Shown here: positions 44,365 through 52,626 of the stretch, one piece after another | Position numbering within the stretch: the stretch's first letter is position 1 | Layout: each line of letters opens with the position of its first letter | Virus record (IMG/VR): IMGVR_UViG_3300040944_000171 | Span: 6,627 to 70,626 of that record | DNA length: 64,000 nt | Source of the DNA: a virus | Strand: one strand, 5' to 3' | The notes under the pieces: model-generated | Database searches by the model: none | The model's input: the letters and a program-made list of their open reading frames with translations, nothing else | What the model was told of the DNA's origin: nothing | Made by a program: the position numbers and the translations under genes

Positions 44365-45012
44365 ATGGTCTCGCGGGCGCTCGGCTTCTCCCTGGGGATC
44401 ACGACCGTCCTTTTTGCGGGAGGGGCGGCGGCGGGGTTGGCCCCGCTGTCATGGTCGTGGCGGGCGCTCGCCATCGCGCTCGCCGTGGCGGGCGCGGTGC
44501 TGGGCATCGTCTGCTGGTGCTCGGAGTTCGGCTGGCCGCACCGCCGCCGCCGGGCCGAGGAGCCCACCTATGAACCCTGCGGCTGCGCCGAGTGCCGACC
44601 TCCTGCCGGCACGCTCCAGGACGGCCTCCCGGAGTTGCTGCGCGGCCACCTCGATCGCGGCTACGGCCACGAGGGTCCGGTGACGGAGGAGGCGGAGCGG
44701 GTGGCCCGCGCCCTCCTCATCCGCCACTTGAGCGATGAGCAACGGAGGAGTTTTGGAAACCACGGCTACTTCACGGTGACCCTGCCCGAGGCCTGGCGGC
44801 CCGACTTCTGGTACCGGCGCTGGCGGGTGCCCGGCCTGTACGGGCTGGCCGCGAGCCCGCTGGGCGAGGACGGCACGGCGCTGCCGTTCGCGCTCTGCGT
44901 GGTGCCCCGGGTGATCCAGCCGGAGAGTGACACCCTGCTCAGCACCAAACTGATGCTGGAGCACGATCCCGGCAGGTTCCTGCGCGTCGGCCTCGTCCAT
45001 GCCCGGCGCTGA
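44365..45012 (+). CDS. membrane protein with conserved C-terminal domain
   Basis: two TM segments; ALL.RHLSDEQ..GYFTV...LCVVP...DTLL..KLMLE.D..RFL. Confidence 0.65.
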   Translation: MVSRALGFSLGITTVLFAGGAAAGLAPLSWSWRALAIALAVAGAVLGIVCWCSEFGWPHRRRRAEEPTYEPCGCAECRPPAGTLQDGLPELLRGHLDRGYGHEGPVTEEAERVARALLIRHLSDEQRRSFGNHGYFTVTLPEAWRPDFWYRRWRVPGLYGLAASPLGEDGTALPFALCVVPRVIQPESDTLLSTKLMLEHDPGRFLRVGLVHARR

Positions 45013-45734
45013 TGGCCGCCATCATCGTCGTGCCCCGGGCCGAGGTGACCCCGCAGCAGGTGTACCAACTCCGCAACACGGCGCAGCAGCTAGCCCAGCA
45101 ACTCGCCCACGCAGCGAACGGGGGCGGGGATCTTGTGTCGCGGGCGGTGAGCCCGGCGGATCTGTTCTCCGGTGGGGGGATCGGAGGTGCGCGGGCGGTG
45201 GCGCGGCTCCGCAACCCGGTGGCGCTGCGGGCCGACACCTGGGCGCACGATGTGTACCGGGGGACCGAGGCCCAGCCTCGGGCGGCCATCGCCCTGTACG
45301 GCTATGAGGCGCTCAGCCGCTGGCCCCGGATCGACGCCATGCGTCTCGGCACCGCTGCCGTGACCTTCGCTGAGCTCCAGCTGGCCCCCCTCTACGCCTA
45401 CCCCCCCGACGAGCGCGACGAGAACGGCGTGCTCCGCTACCCGTCGCAGCGGGTCGGGTACTTCAACCCCGTCTACATCGCCCCCACCCAGCGGTTGGTC
45501 CTGTCGATGCTGGCCAGCCGGGACCTCCGCGCTGGCCGCGAGGAGTTCTGCTTCCTGGGGGTGATCTCGGAGCCGCCGATGATGGTCGCCCAGCAGCAGC
45601 CGGTGATGCCATTCGGGGCGCCGGGGTACCAGGAGGTCGCGGCCCAGCCCCGGAATCAGGGCGACCCCGACCGCCCCGGCGATGAGGCGCACTTCCGCCG
45701 CCAGCTCCGCGAGTTGGGCGGCGCGGCGGACTGA
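45012..45734 (+). CDS. paralog of the putative major capsid protein 4181..4774
   Basis: colinear motifs DLVSRAVSPAD, LYGY, LAPLYA, RVGYFNPVY, GVISEPP. Confidence 0.75.
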   Translation: MAAIIVVPRAEVTPQQVYQLRNTAQQLAQQLAHAANGGGDLVSRAVSPADLFSGGGIGGARAVARLRNPVALRADTWAHDVYRGTEAQPRAAIALYGYEALSRWPRIDAMRLGTAAVTFAELQLAPLYAYPPDERDENGVLRYPSQRVGYFNPVYIAPTQRLVLSMLASRDLRAGREEFCFLGVISEPPMMVAQQQPVMPFGAPGYQEVAAQPRNQGDPDRPGDEAHFRRQLRELGGAAD

Positions 45735-45767
45735 TCTCCCTGCGAGATCGCCTCTCGGGGGTACCAT
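45733..45767 (+). promoter_or_regulatory. putative late promoter GATCTCCC-N21-TACCAT (leaderless)
   Basis: motif begins 42 nt before the ATG at 45775. Confidence 0.65.
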
Positions 45768-45774
45768 CGGCGCG

Positions 45775-47019
45775 ATGCCCGAGTCGGCCGTCGCCCTCGC
45801 TCCGCCGCCGCCGCTTACCCCCTCCCGGGGCCGCAAGCCGGTCAACCGGCCGAGCTCCCACACGGGCGAGGAGGTGGCCTTCGGCGTGGGCGCGGGGGGC
45901 CTCGCCGCCCTGCTCGCCTGGCTGCTCTGGCCGAGGTCGCCGACCTCCCCCTCATCGTGCCCCCCGGGGCAGTACCTCCCGACGGGGGCCTCGGGGTGCG
46001 TTCAGTGCCCGTCGGGCACGGTGCGCTCCTCTGGGATGCCGATCTCGCAGTGCGTCTCCTGTCCCTCGGGCCAGCAGCCGCTCGGTGACCAGTCTGGCTG
46101 CGCGCCCATCCCGGTGCTCACGCCGATCTGCCCGCCCGCCGGGAGCATCATCGAGGACGCCTCAAGCGGCGCGCAGTACGCCGTCGACCAGGGCGGGGTG
46201 ATGCACTACATCACCTCCCCCGCCGCGCTCGCCGCCTGCGGGTACTGTGATGATCCCTCGCACGTCACCCAGGTGTCGGACGCGACCATGCAGCAGCTCC
46301 TGGCCAGTTGCGCCCAGGGCACCGACATCGACGGCCAGAGCACCTGCGTGCTGGGGCCGGCGCTCTGCCCGGTGACCCCGCAGCCGCCAGCGACCCCGGT
46401 GGGCGCCTGCGGGACAGATCCTGACAACGACCTCTCGGTGACCCCGTACTGGTGGTCGCAGGCCTCCCAGGCAACCCAGATCGCCTCCACGGTGGTCGCC
46501 ATGCTGCTCGGCCGCTGGGACTGCACCGAGCCGACCGACCAGCACTGGACCAGCATCTACAATGCCCCCTGCTGCGGCTACACGCCGCTCCAGATGGTCG
46601 CCTTCCGCATCGTCAGCGACAGCGGCCAGGAGCTGGTCAGCGACGTCCAGCACCTCGCCGACCAGTACCAGGCGGGTGGCGCCTTTGCGGGCAGCCCCAA
46701 CCCAGCAGAGGATTGCTTCATCGCCGCCGCCTTCAACATCGTCTTCAACCGCAACTGGACGGGCGCGCCAGCCTCCCTGCTGGACACCTGGCGCTCTTTC
46801 TATGAGACGCCCTGGACTGAGCCGAGCGGCGAGACCCTGTCCGGTCCCGAGCGCCTGGTGTGGCAGTTCTGCATGCAGCCCGAGTTCAGCGACCGGGTGA
46901 CCTTCAATGTCGGCAACCCGATCTCCTGCTCTCCGGGGGTCAGCGGCTGCGCGGACTATGAGCCGGCCGGGATGGTGGCCTCGGCGGCGCTGGCGGTGTC
47001 GGCGCCCGGTATCCTCTGA
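45775..47019 (+). CDS. membrane-anchored Cys-rich protein
   Basis: N-terminal TM, CPxG repeats; ends AVSAPGIL*. Confidence 0.75.
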   Translation: MPESAVALAPPPPLTPSRGRKPVNRPSSHTGEEVAFGVGAGGLAALLAWLLWPRSPTSPSSCPPGQYLPTGASGCVQCPSGTVRSSGMPISQCVSCPSGQQPLGDQSGCAPIPVLTPICPPAGSIIEDASSGAQYAVDQGGVMHYITSPAALAACGYCDDPSHVTQVSDATMQQLLASCAQGTDIDGQSTCVLGPALCPVTPQPPATPVGACGTDPDNDLSVTPYWWSQASQATQIASTVVAMLLGRWDCTEPTDQHWTSIYNAPCCGYTPLQMVAFRIVSDSGQELVSDVQHLADQYQAGGAFAGSPNPAEDCFIAAAFNIVFNRNWTGAPASLLDTWRSFYETPWTEPSGETLSGPERLVWQFCMQPEFSDRVTFNVGNPISCSPGVSGCADYEPAGMVASAALAVSAPGIL

Positions 47020-47022
47020 GCC

Positions 47023-47424
47023 ATGGCCCATCACGCCATCGGGGCGGCGCTGCTCGGGGCGGGCGCGGGTGGGGCCGCCGACGATGTGATCCACATCCTG
47101 CCGCCCCGGAACGCGACCAACCCATCCGCCAACCTCAACCCCATGACGGTCGGTATTGCGGTCGGCTCGCTGGCGGCGGCCGGTCTGGGGATCGCGCTCC
47201 TGCTCCAGTCGGAGCCGCCGGGACACGGCCTGAGCGCGTGGAACTGGGTGGGGGTGGGGGCGGCCACCCTGAGCGGGGCCGCGCTCGCTGAGGGGCTGAA
47301 CTTCGGATACGCCTGGTCCCACGTCGTGTGGAATCTCCCCGACATCGCAGCGGGCGCAATGACCCCCTCGCACCGGGCGGTGGCCAGCCCAGCCCTCGCC
47401 GTCTCCGCACCGGGCATCCTCTGA
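47023..47424 (+). CDS. membrane protein
   Basis: hydrophobic helices; ends AVSAPGIL*. Confidence 0.7.
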   Translation: MAHHAIGAALLGAGAGGAADDVIHILPPRNATNPSANLNPMTVGIAVGSLAAAGLGIALLLQSEPPGHGLSAWNWVGVGAATLSGAALAEGLNFGYAWSHVVWNLPDIAAGAMTPSHRAVASPALAVSAPGIL

Positions 47425-47432
47425 GGCCGGTC

Positions 47433-47648
47433 ATGGCGGCGACGCGGCTCCAGGTGGCGGGCGACGGGCTGATGATGGTGGGGCTCCTCTTCATCGCCCT
47501 CGAGGCGGCCCGGGTGTTCACCCGCCGCCCCCCGGAGACAGAGGCCCAGGCGGTGGAGCAGGCGATCCCGATCGGGACGGTGGCGGCGCTGCTGATCGCC
47601 TCCGGGGGGATCATCCGGGGCCGGGGAGCGCCCCCCGCGCGGGGCTGA
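47433..47648 (+). CDS. small two-TM protein
   Basis: MAATRLQVAGDGLMMVGLLFIAL... Confidence 0.6.
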   Translation: MAATRLQVAGDGLMMVGLLFIALEAARVFTRRPPETEAQAVEQAIPIGTVAALLIASGGIIRGRGAPPARG

Positions 47649-47653
47649 GGGCC

Positions 47654-47785
47654 ATGGACATCGGCGAGCCGGTCCGCACCGTGGAGATGCCGGAGCAGGA
47701 GCCTGCGGTGGAGCCGCAGGAGCCGGCGCCGGAGCGGGAGCCGGAGCGGGAGCCGGAGCGGGTGCCGGAGCGGGTGCCGGCGTGA
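47654..47785 (+). CDS. 43-aa acidic Pro/Glu peptide (absent from the ORF track)
   Basis: MDIGEPVRTVEMPEQEPAVEPQEPAPEREPEREPERVPERVPA*; GAGG RBS; GTGA-coupled to the next gene. Confidence 0.7.
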   Translation: MDIGEPVRTVEMPEQEPAVEPQEPAPEREPEREPERVPERVPA

Positions 47786-48291
47786 GGGTGGTGGGCTTCC
47801 GCGCCTTCGAGGCGGCAGATGTGCACGGCGGCGAGCTCCGCTCCTGGGCGTTCTTTCGGGTGTGGCAGATCGGTGTCAACGCCGCCTCCTGCGACCACCC
47901 CGGTTGCTCGGGCCCGCCCGCCCTGCACCCCGTCGCCACCGCCCTTGCCGGCGGGCGGCCGCAGCGGCTCGGCTGCGGCTTCCACGCCTTCGCCCACCTC
48001 GTGGCGCTCGAGCACTACCTGGACGCCCAGCGCCAGCGCCCGCCGCTGCTGCGCCCACCCATGTGCGCGGTGGTGGGGGGCCTCGGGACGGTGCAACTCT
48101 GCGGCCATGGGTGGCGGGCGCGGCGGGCCGAGATCCTCGCCCTCTTCGGCGACAGCCCCCTGGAGCACCGCCTGGCGGAGCGGTACGGGGTGATGCTGCT
48201 GCCCGTCCCCGCCACCGCCGACCTGGGCCGGGTGGAGCGGTTCGCTGGCGAGTGGGGGCTGACCCACGGCGAGGCGCTCCGGCTGCCGTGA
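47782..48291 (+). CDS. conserved hypothetical protein
   Basis: VVGFRAF...GCGFHAF...G.V.....GWRARRAEI. Confidence 0.65.
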   Translation: MRVVGFRAFEAADVHGGELRSWAFFRVWQIGVNAASCDHPGCSGPPALHPVATALAGGRPQRLGCGFHAFAHLVALEHYLDAQRQRPPLLRPPMCAVVGGLGTVQLCGHGWRARRAEILALFGDSPLEHRLAERYGVMLLPVPATADLGRVERFAGEWGLTHGEALRLP

Positions 48292-48815
48292 GCGTCACGC
48301 CGGGAGCCATCATCTTCGTCCGCAACGCGGGCATCGGGCCGGCGCTGATCCGGCTTGGCGAGAGTCGCCGGTACGGGCGGGGGCGGGGGCCAGGCGACCC
48401 CGCCTATTGGAACCACGTGGCCGTCTGCGTCGCCCCCGGCGAGGTGATCGAGGCGCGTCCCCAGGGGGTCGTGCCCTGGGCTCTGGATCGGGAGGGCGGT
48501 TGGGCGGCCTGGCAGGCATGGATGCCCCCGTACGGGCCTGCCGGCGCCGCCCCGTGCGTGGCCGCCATGCGCGAGCTGGCCGCCCACCGCGAGGGCTACG
48601 GCTGGGTGGGGATCCTGAGCGAGGTGCTGATGTTCCTGACCGGCTCCAAGCTCCGCCTCGGCCTCCAGGGGACCGACTTCTGCTCGGGCGCCGCCGCGTA
48701 CGCGCTGACCCGCGCGGACATCGACATGGGCACCGACGAGGAGTGGGACGCCCCCGCCACGGTCTACGCGCTGGGGCCGAAGGCCGGCGGGTGGACGCTG
48801 CTCGAGCGCCGATGA
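48288..48815 (+). CDS. permuted papain-like (YiiX/NlpC-P60) peptidase/amidase
   Basis: PGAIIFVR, WNHVAV, VIEA, Y, FCS (His precedes Cys). Confidence 0.8.
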   Translation: MSVTPGAIIFVRNAGIGPALIRLGESRRYGRGRGPGDPAYWNHVAVCVAPGEVIEARPQGVVPWALDREGGWAAWQAWMPPYGPAGAAPCVAAMRELAAHREGYGWVGILSEVLMFLTGSKLRLGLQGTDFCSGAAAYALTRADIDMGTDEEWDAPATVYALGPKAGGWTLLERR

Positions 48816-49132
48816 TCGGCCGGCGGCTGCAACCGGTGGTGGGGGAGGACGGCATCGCGCGGCCTCCCGAGTTCGAGCGGCCCGGCGACTACTGCGGACC
48901 GCTCCTCGGCTTCACGGGCGACAAGCCCGCCGTCTTCTACCTGCTCCCCAACGGCCAGGTGGGCGACATCCCCCACCACGTCGTCTCGCCGCCGCACACC
49001 TTCCGGGAGTGCGCCGACGGCAGCCTGGAGATCCGCAACAGCATCCTCCACCAGGGCTTCATCAGCGAGCGCGAGCCCGACGGTAGCTGGCACGGCTACC
49101 TGGACGAGGGCCACTCCTGGCGCGAGGTCTGA
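48812..49132 (+). CDS. DUF6527-like protein
   Basis: DGSLEIRNSIL...WHGYL..G.W. Confidence 0.55.
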   Translation: MIGRRLQPVVGEDGIARPPEFERPGDYCGPLLGFTGDKPAVFYLLPNGQVGDIPHHVVSPPHTFRECADGSLEIRNSILHQGFISEREPDGSWHGYLDEGHSWREV

Positions 49133-49205
49133 GCGGGCGGTACACTGCGAGCGAGGATCGCGGCCCGCCGGGACGGCTCACGTTTGCGGGCGGGCCGTTC
49201 CCCAC

Positions 49206-49280
49206 CTGGGCGTGGCGCAGCGGTAGCGCACGTGCCTCGGGCGCACGGGGTCGGAGGTTCGAGCCCTCCCGTCCAGACCA
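49206..49280 (+). tRNA. tRNA-Pro(CGG)
   Basis: CTGGGCG/CGTCCAG+ACCA; anticodon arm CGTGC-CTCGGGC-GCACG; GGAGG-TTCGAGC-CCTCC. Confidence 0.9.
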
Positions 49281-49342
49281 TGTCAGATGTGCTCTTGTGA
49301 CACCGTCTGAGGAGGTCTGACGAGGCGTCAGGAGATCGGTGT

Positions 49343-49377
49343 GATCTCCCGCAGTGGCGCTCTGACAGGGTCATAAT
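49343..49377 (+). promoter_or_regulatory. putative late promoter GATCTCCC-N21-CATAAT (leaderless)
   Basis: motif begins 41 nt before the ATG at 49384. Confidence 0.65.
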
Positions 49378-49383
49378 CGGCCC

Positions 49384-49923
49384 ATGAGCGACGCCCTGGT
49401 GACGCTGCCGCTGCCCGCCGACGCCCTGGCGGGGGCCTCCGCCGATCTGGTGGCCGCCCAGGTGTACCTCGAGGAGGCGATCCACGCCCCGTATGAGGAC
49501 GAGTGCTTCGCCGCCCTCTGGCAGGTGAAGGAGTGGCTGGAGTGGGCCTGCGCCGACTACCAGGCGGCCGGCCTCGGCCCGGCGGCGGCGGTCTGCGGTG
49601 CGGTGCTCGCCCAGGTGCGCGGCCTCACCCAGGCGGGGACGGTGCCGGGCGGGATGAGCCTCGGGGACTTCCAGAGCCAGCAGCTCCTGCCGCTGCAGGG
49701 GGCTCTCGTGGAGATCCGCCTGGAGCCCATCGCGGAGTGGGCGCAGGGCCAGGCGGAGGCCTGGAAGGGCGACAACCTGATCTTCTGGGGGCTCTTGGGG
49801 ACCGGGGTGGGCATCCTCGCCATCGCGGTCGGCATCGACGCCCTGGAGCGGCGCGGCAAGTACCCGAGGCCGCCCCACGCCCGGCGGGTGGCCGTGACTG
49901 CGCTCCGCTACCCCAGGAAGTGA
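49384..49923 (+). CDS. helical protein with C-terminal TM (paralog of 2334..2753)
   Basis: TVPGGMSLGDFQSQ vs TLPGCLTLAQFQAQ. Confidence 0.7.
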   Translation: MSDALVTLPLPADALAGASADLVAAQVYLEEAIHAPYEDECFAALWQVKEWLEWACADYQAAGLGPAAAVCGAVLAQVRGLTQAGTVPGGMSLGDFQSQQLLPLQGALVEIRLEPIAEWAQGQAEAWKGDNLIFWGLLGTGVGILAIAVGIDALERRGKYPRPPHARRVAVTALRYPRK

Positions 49924-50462
49924 CTGCGCTCCGCGCCCAGATCGCCCGCGACCTCAAGTCGGCCGAGGGGGCGCTGTGCACCCTCCTCCAGGTGTGGGCC
50001 ATCGTGGCGGCCCAGCTGCCCAGCCTCGGGGTCTCAGCCAAGGTGGTGAGCGGGGCGGCGGCGGCGCTCGCGCTGGCGTCGCTGTGCGTCAAGGCCGGGC
50101 TCACCGCCGACTCGTACGGGCTGGAGACAGCCCTGCTCTCGATCCAGGGCTCCTGGTCCGTGGTGGGGGCCAACCTCGGCCAGGTGGGGGCGCCGCTCAA
50201 GGTGGTGAACCTGGCCGGCACGGGCCTGGCCCTGGCCGTCTTCTGCCTGCAGCGGGCCGCCCAGACCCGCCGCCCCGCGCCGCCGCTCCCTCCCCCAGCG
50301 CCCCCTCCGGTGAGCTCCGTGAGGCTGGAGGGCCCCGTGTCCATCGAGACGGGGCGGGCTCCGCAGCCGCTCTCGGAGGAGCTCGCGGGGCTGCCCGGGG
50401 TGACCTCGGTGGAGAGCGGCGCCGAGGGCGGCATGGTGCACGTGGACATCGGGCTCGGCTGA
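49920..50462 (+). CDS. multi-TM protein with internal duplication (holin-like)
   Basis: two repeats W..V.A.L...G...KVV..A...LALA..C. Confidence 0.55.
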   Translation: MTALRAQIARDLKSAEGALCTLLQVWAIVAAQLPSLGVSAKVVSGAAAALALASLCVKAGLTADSYGLETALLSIQGSWSVVGANLGQVGAPLKVVNLAGTGLALAVFCLQRAAQTRRPAPPLPPPAPPPVSSVRLEGPVSIETGRAPQPLSEELAGLPGVTSVESGAEGGMVHVDIGLG

Positions 50463-50465
50463 CGC

Positions 50466-50500
50466 GATCTCACCGCCACCCGCCACCGGGCGGGTACGAT
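50466..50500 (+). promoter_or_regulatory. putative late promoter GATCTCAC-N21-TACGAT
   Basis: variant of the shared motif, before the AAA+ gene. Confidence 0.55.
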
Positions 50501-50508
50501 AGGGCGCG

Positions 50509-51525
50509 ATGGCCGGTCTGGATCCCGATGCGGCCGGCGAGGTCGCGACCTTCGTCACCCGGGGAGCGCTGACGCTGGTGAGCGAGGCCGCCCGCGGCGC
50601 CCTGGCGGGGCGGATGACGGGGAGCTTCGTGACCGAGGAGGTGGACGGGAAGCGGTACGGCCCGCTGCCGCCGCTCAGCGAGAGCGTCCACCTGGGCGAC
50701 ACCATCGGGGCGACGGTGATCGCGGAGCAGGAGGCGGCCGACCTCGAGGGCCAGCGGATCACCCTGCCCCCCGGGGTCTATGACACCGTCGTCGGTCTCG
50801 ACTACGAGCGGGGCATCGTCCGGATGTGCGTGGAGGGCGAGGCGCCCCAGTCGGTGCTCCTGGTGGGCGACCCCGGCACCGGCAAGTCCATCCTCATGCA
50901 GGCGACCCGCGAGGCCCTGCCCGAGGAGGGCAAGTACATCGACGGCAAGCAGATGACCCCGGCCGCGCTCGCCAAGGTGGTCGCCGACCCGCGCGTCCGG
51001 GTGCTCTTCATTGACGAGATCGAGAAGGCGGATCGGGATGCCCAGGAGTCGCTCCTGGAGCTGATGCTGGGCCGGGTGTCCACGGCCAAGGTGGGCAACA
51101 TCCAGGAGATCGTCAAGGATCTGCGGGTGATCGCCGCCGCCAACGACCCGGAGCGGATGTCGGCGGCACTCCGCGACCGCTTCATCGAGATCGAACTCCC
51201 CCACTACAGCCTCCCCCAGCGGCGCGAGGTGATGAGCAAGGTGCTCCAGGCCCGCCACGGGGTGGCTGAGGAGGATGCGGAGCGGATCGCCAGCGAGGTC
51301 GCCCCCCACTCCACCTCTATCCGGGATGCGGAGCAGGTGGCCTGGGCGGAGAAGGAGAACCCGGCGCTCGCCCGCGAGATGACGGAGCGGATCCGCCGGC
51401 GTGCTGGCGGCGCCGAGGCGGCCGTGCCGCCGGGCACCGCACCACCGCGCACTGCACGCACTGCAACCCGCAAGGCTGCGCCCAAGCCGCCGAAGCCCCG
51501 GCCCCGGGCCGCCGCGCCAGCCTGA
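50509..51525 (+). CDS. AAA+ ATPase
   Basis: GDPGTGKS, LFIDEIEK, RVIAAAN, LRDRF arginine finger. Confidence 0.9.
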   Translation: MAGLDPDAAGEVATFVTRGALTLVSEAARGALAGRMTGSFVTEEVDGKRYGPLPPLSESVHLGDTIGATVIAEQEAADLEGQRITLPPGVYDTVVGLDYERGIVRMCVEGEAPQSVLLVGDPGTGKSILMQATREALPEEGKYIDGKQMTPAALAKVVADPRVRVLFIDEIEKADRDAQESLLELMLGRVSTAKVGNIQEIVKDLRVIAAANDPERMSAALRDRFIEIELPHYSLPQRREVMSKVLQARHGVAEEDAERIASEVAPHSTSIRDAEQVAWAEKENPALAREMTERIRRRAGGAEAAVPPGTAPPRTARTATRKAAPKPPKPRPRAAAPA

Positions 51526-51538
51526 CCGGAGGGCTGGG

Positions 51539-51934
51539 ATGCCGCTCCTCCGACCCGGGGTGGAGGTTGACAACCGCACCCGGTACCCCACCGCCGAGGT
51601 GCGGGCGATCATCCAGCGCTGCATGGTGGGGCGGCGGGCCAAGCCTCCCCGGGTGATCGTGCTCCCTCAGCGCAACCCGGCTGGCGACCTGGCCTTCACC
51701 CCGTTCGACAGCGCCCAGCCGATCCGGATCTGGCTGGACCCGCCCTCCCGCTACCCCCAGGTGGGGGCCAGGACCTGGAAGGAGCAGCTCGCCAAGAGCG
51801 CGGGCCACGAGGACTGGCACTTCCAGCACCCGACCGAGGAGTGCCGGGGCGGCAGCTGCGAGCGGCGGGCGGAGCGCCACGCCACCCGCCAGTACCGCCG
51901 GCGGGCCGGGCGGCTGCGGAGGCGGGCACCGTGA
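51539..51934 (+). CDS. small HExxH metallopeptidase-like protein
   Basis: GHEDWH...CERRAE; GGAGG RBS. Confidence 0.55.
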   Translation: MPLLRPGVEVDNRTRYPTAEVRAIIQRCMVGRRAKPPRVIVLPQRNPAGDLAFTPFDSAQPIRIWLDPPSRYPQVGARTWKEQLAKSAGHEDWHFQHPTEECRGGSCERRAERHATRQYRRRAGRLRRRAP

Positions 51935-52120
51935 ACGTGAAGCTGGTGGCCCTGGCCCCCCTGCTGCGCCCACACCGCGACCGCGACGAGGTGCTGCGCG
52001 AGATCAGCGACCGGCTGCGCCGCCTGGACATCCATGTGAGCCGGGCGGTTCGCGAGGTGGAGAGATCGCGGCTCCGGTGCCCACCGCCCGTGGACGATTC
52101 GCCCGACGCTGGGTGCTGAA

Positions 52121-52531
52121 GTGCTCCGCGAGGGCCTGCCGGTCGCGATCCCGCTGACGCCACGACCCCACCGCCGCCCCAAGCGCCCGCGCGAGTCCGA
52201 CCTCGCCTACCGCATGGAGTTGCTGGAGGCGGACAGTCAGTGCCACTTTGAGCGCGCGCACGACCTGAACGGGGCCGTGGGCATGGTGCGGCTGGACCAG
52301 GAGACCCTCCGCCGTGACCTCCTCGGCGACCCGACCATCGGCCTCAAGGGCATCCTGGGCGACATCCGCGACGAGGTGCATGGCCTGGTCACCACCGTCG
52401 GCGAGCTCCAGCAGGCAGGCCCCAGCCGGCGGCGGCGGCTCACCTGGCAGCTCTGGGTGCCGCTCCTCATCGCGGTGGTGGCGGGAGCGGTGGGGGGGCT
52501 GGTGGGGGCGTTCTCAGGGCTCCACCCTTAA
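52121..52531 (+). CDS. coiled-coil protein with C-terminal TM
   Basis: GLKGILGDIRDEV...; terminal TM segment. Confidence 0.6.
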   Translation: MLREGLPVAIPLTPRPHRRPKRPRESDLAYRMELLEADSQCHFERAHDLNGAVGMVRLDQETLRRDLLGDPTIGLKGILGDIRDEVHGLVTTVGELQQAGPSRRRRLTWQLWVPLLIAVVAGAVGGLVGAFSGLHP

Positions 52532-52626
52532 CCGGACACCGCACCGTCGATGCTCCCCGGGGCGGCCGGGGCGTGGTACGGTGCGGGGGGCAGCGCTTGC
52601 GGGACGGGGCGTCGTCGGAGGTCGCC

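Noticed and set aside
49893-49934. 15-bp direct repeat GTGACTGCGCTCCGC at a gene junction
   Set aside because: A single short duplication around a start codon with no associated element; noted but not interpretable.
50509-51525. ATPase as terminase large subunit or host RuvB/MCM
   Set aside because: It has no nuclease domain or terminase motifs, is too short for MCM, and has no ruvA/ruvC context.
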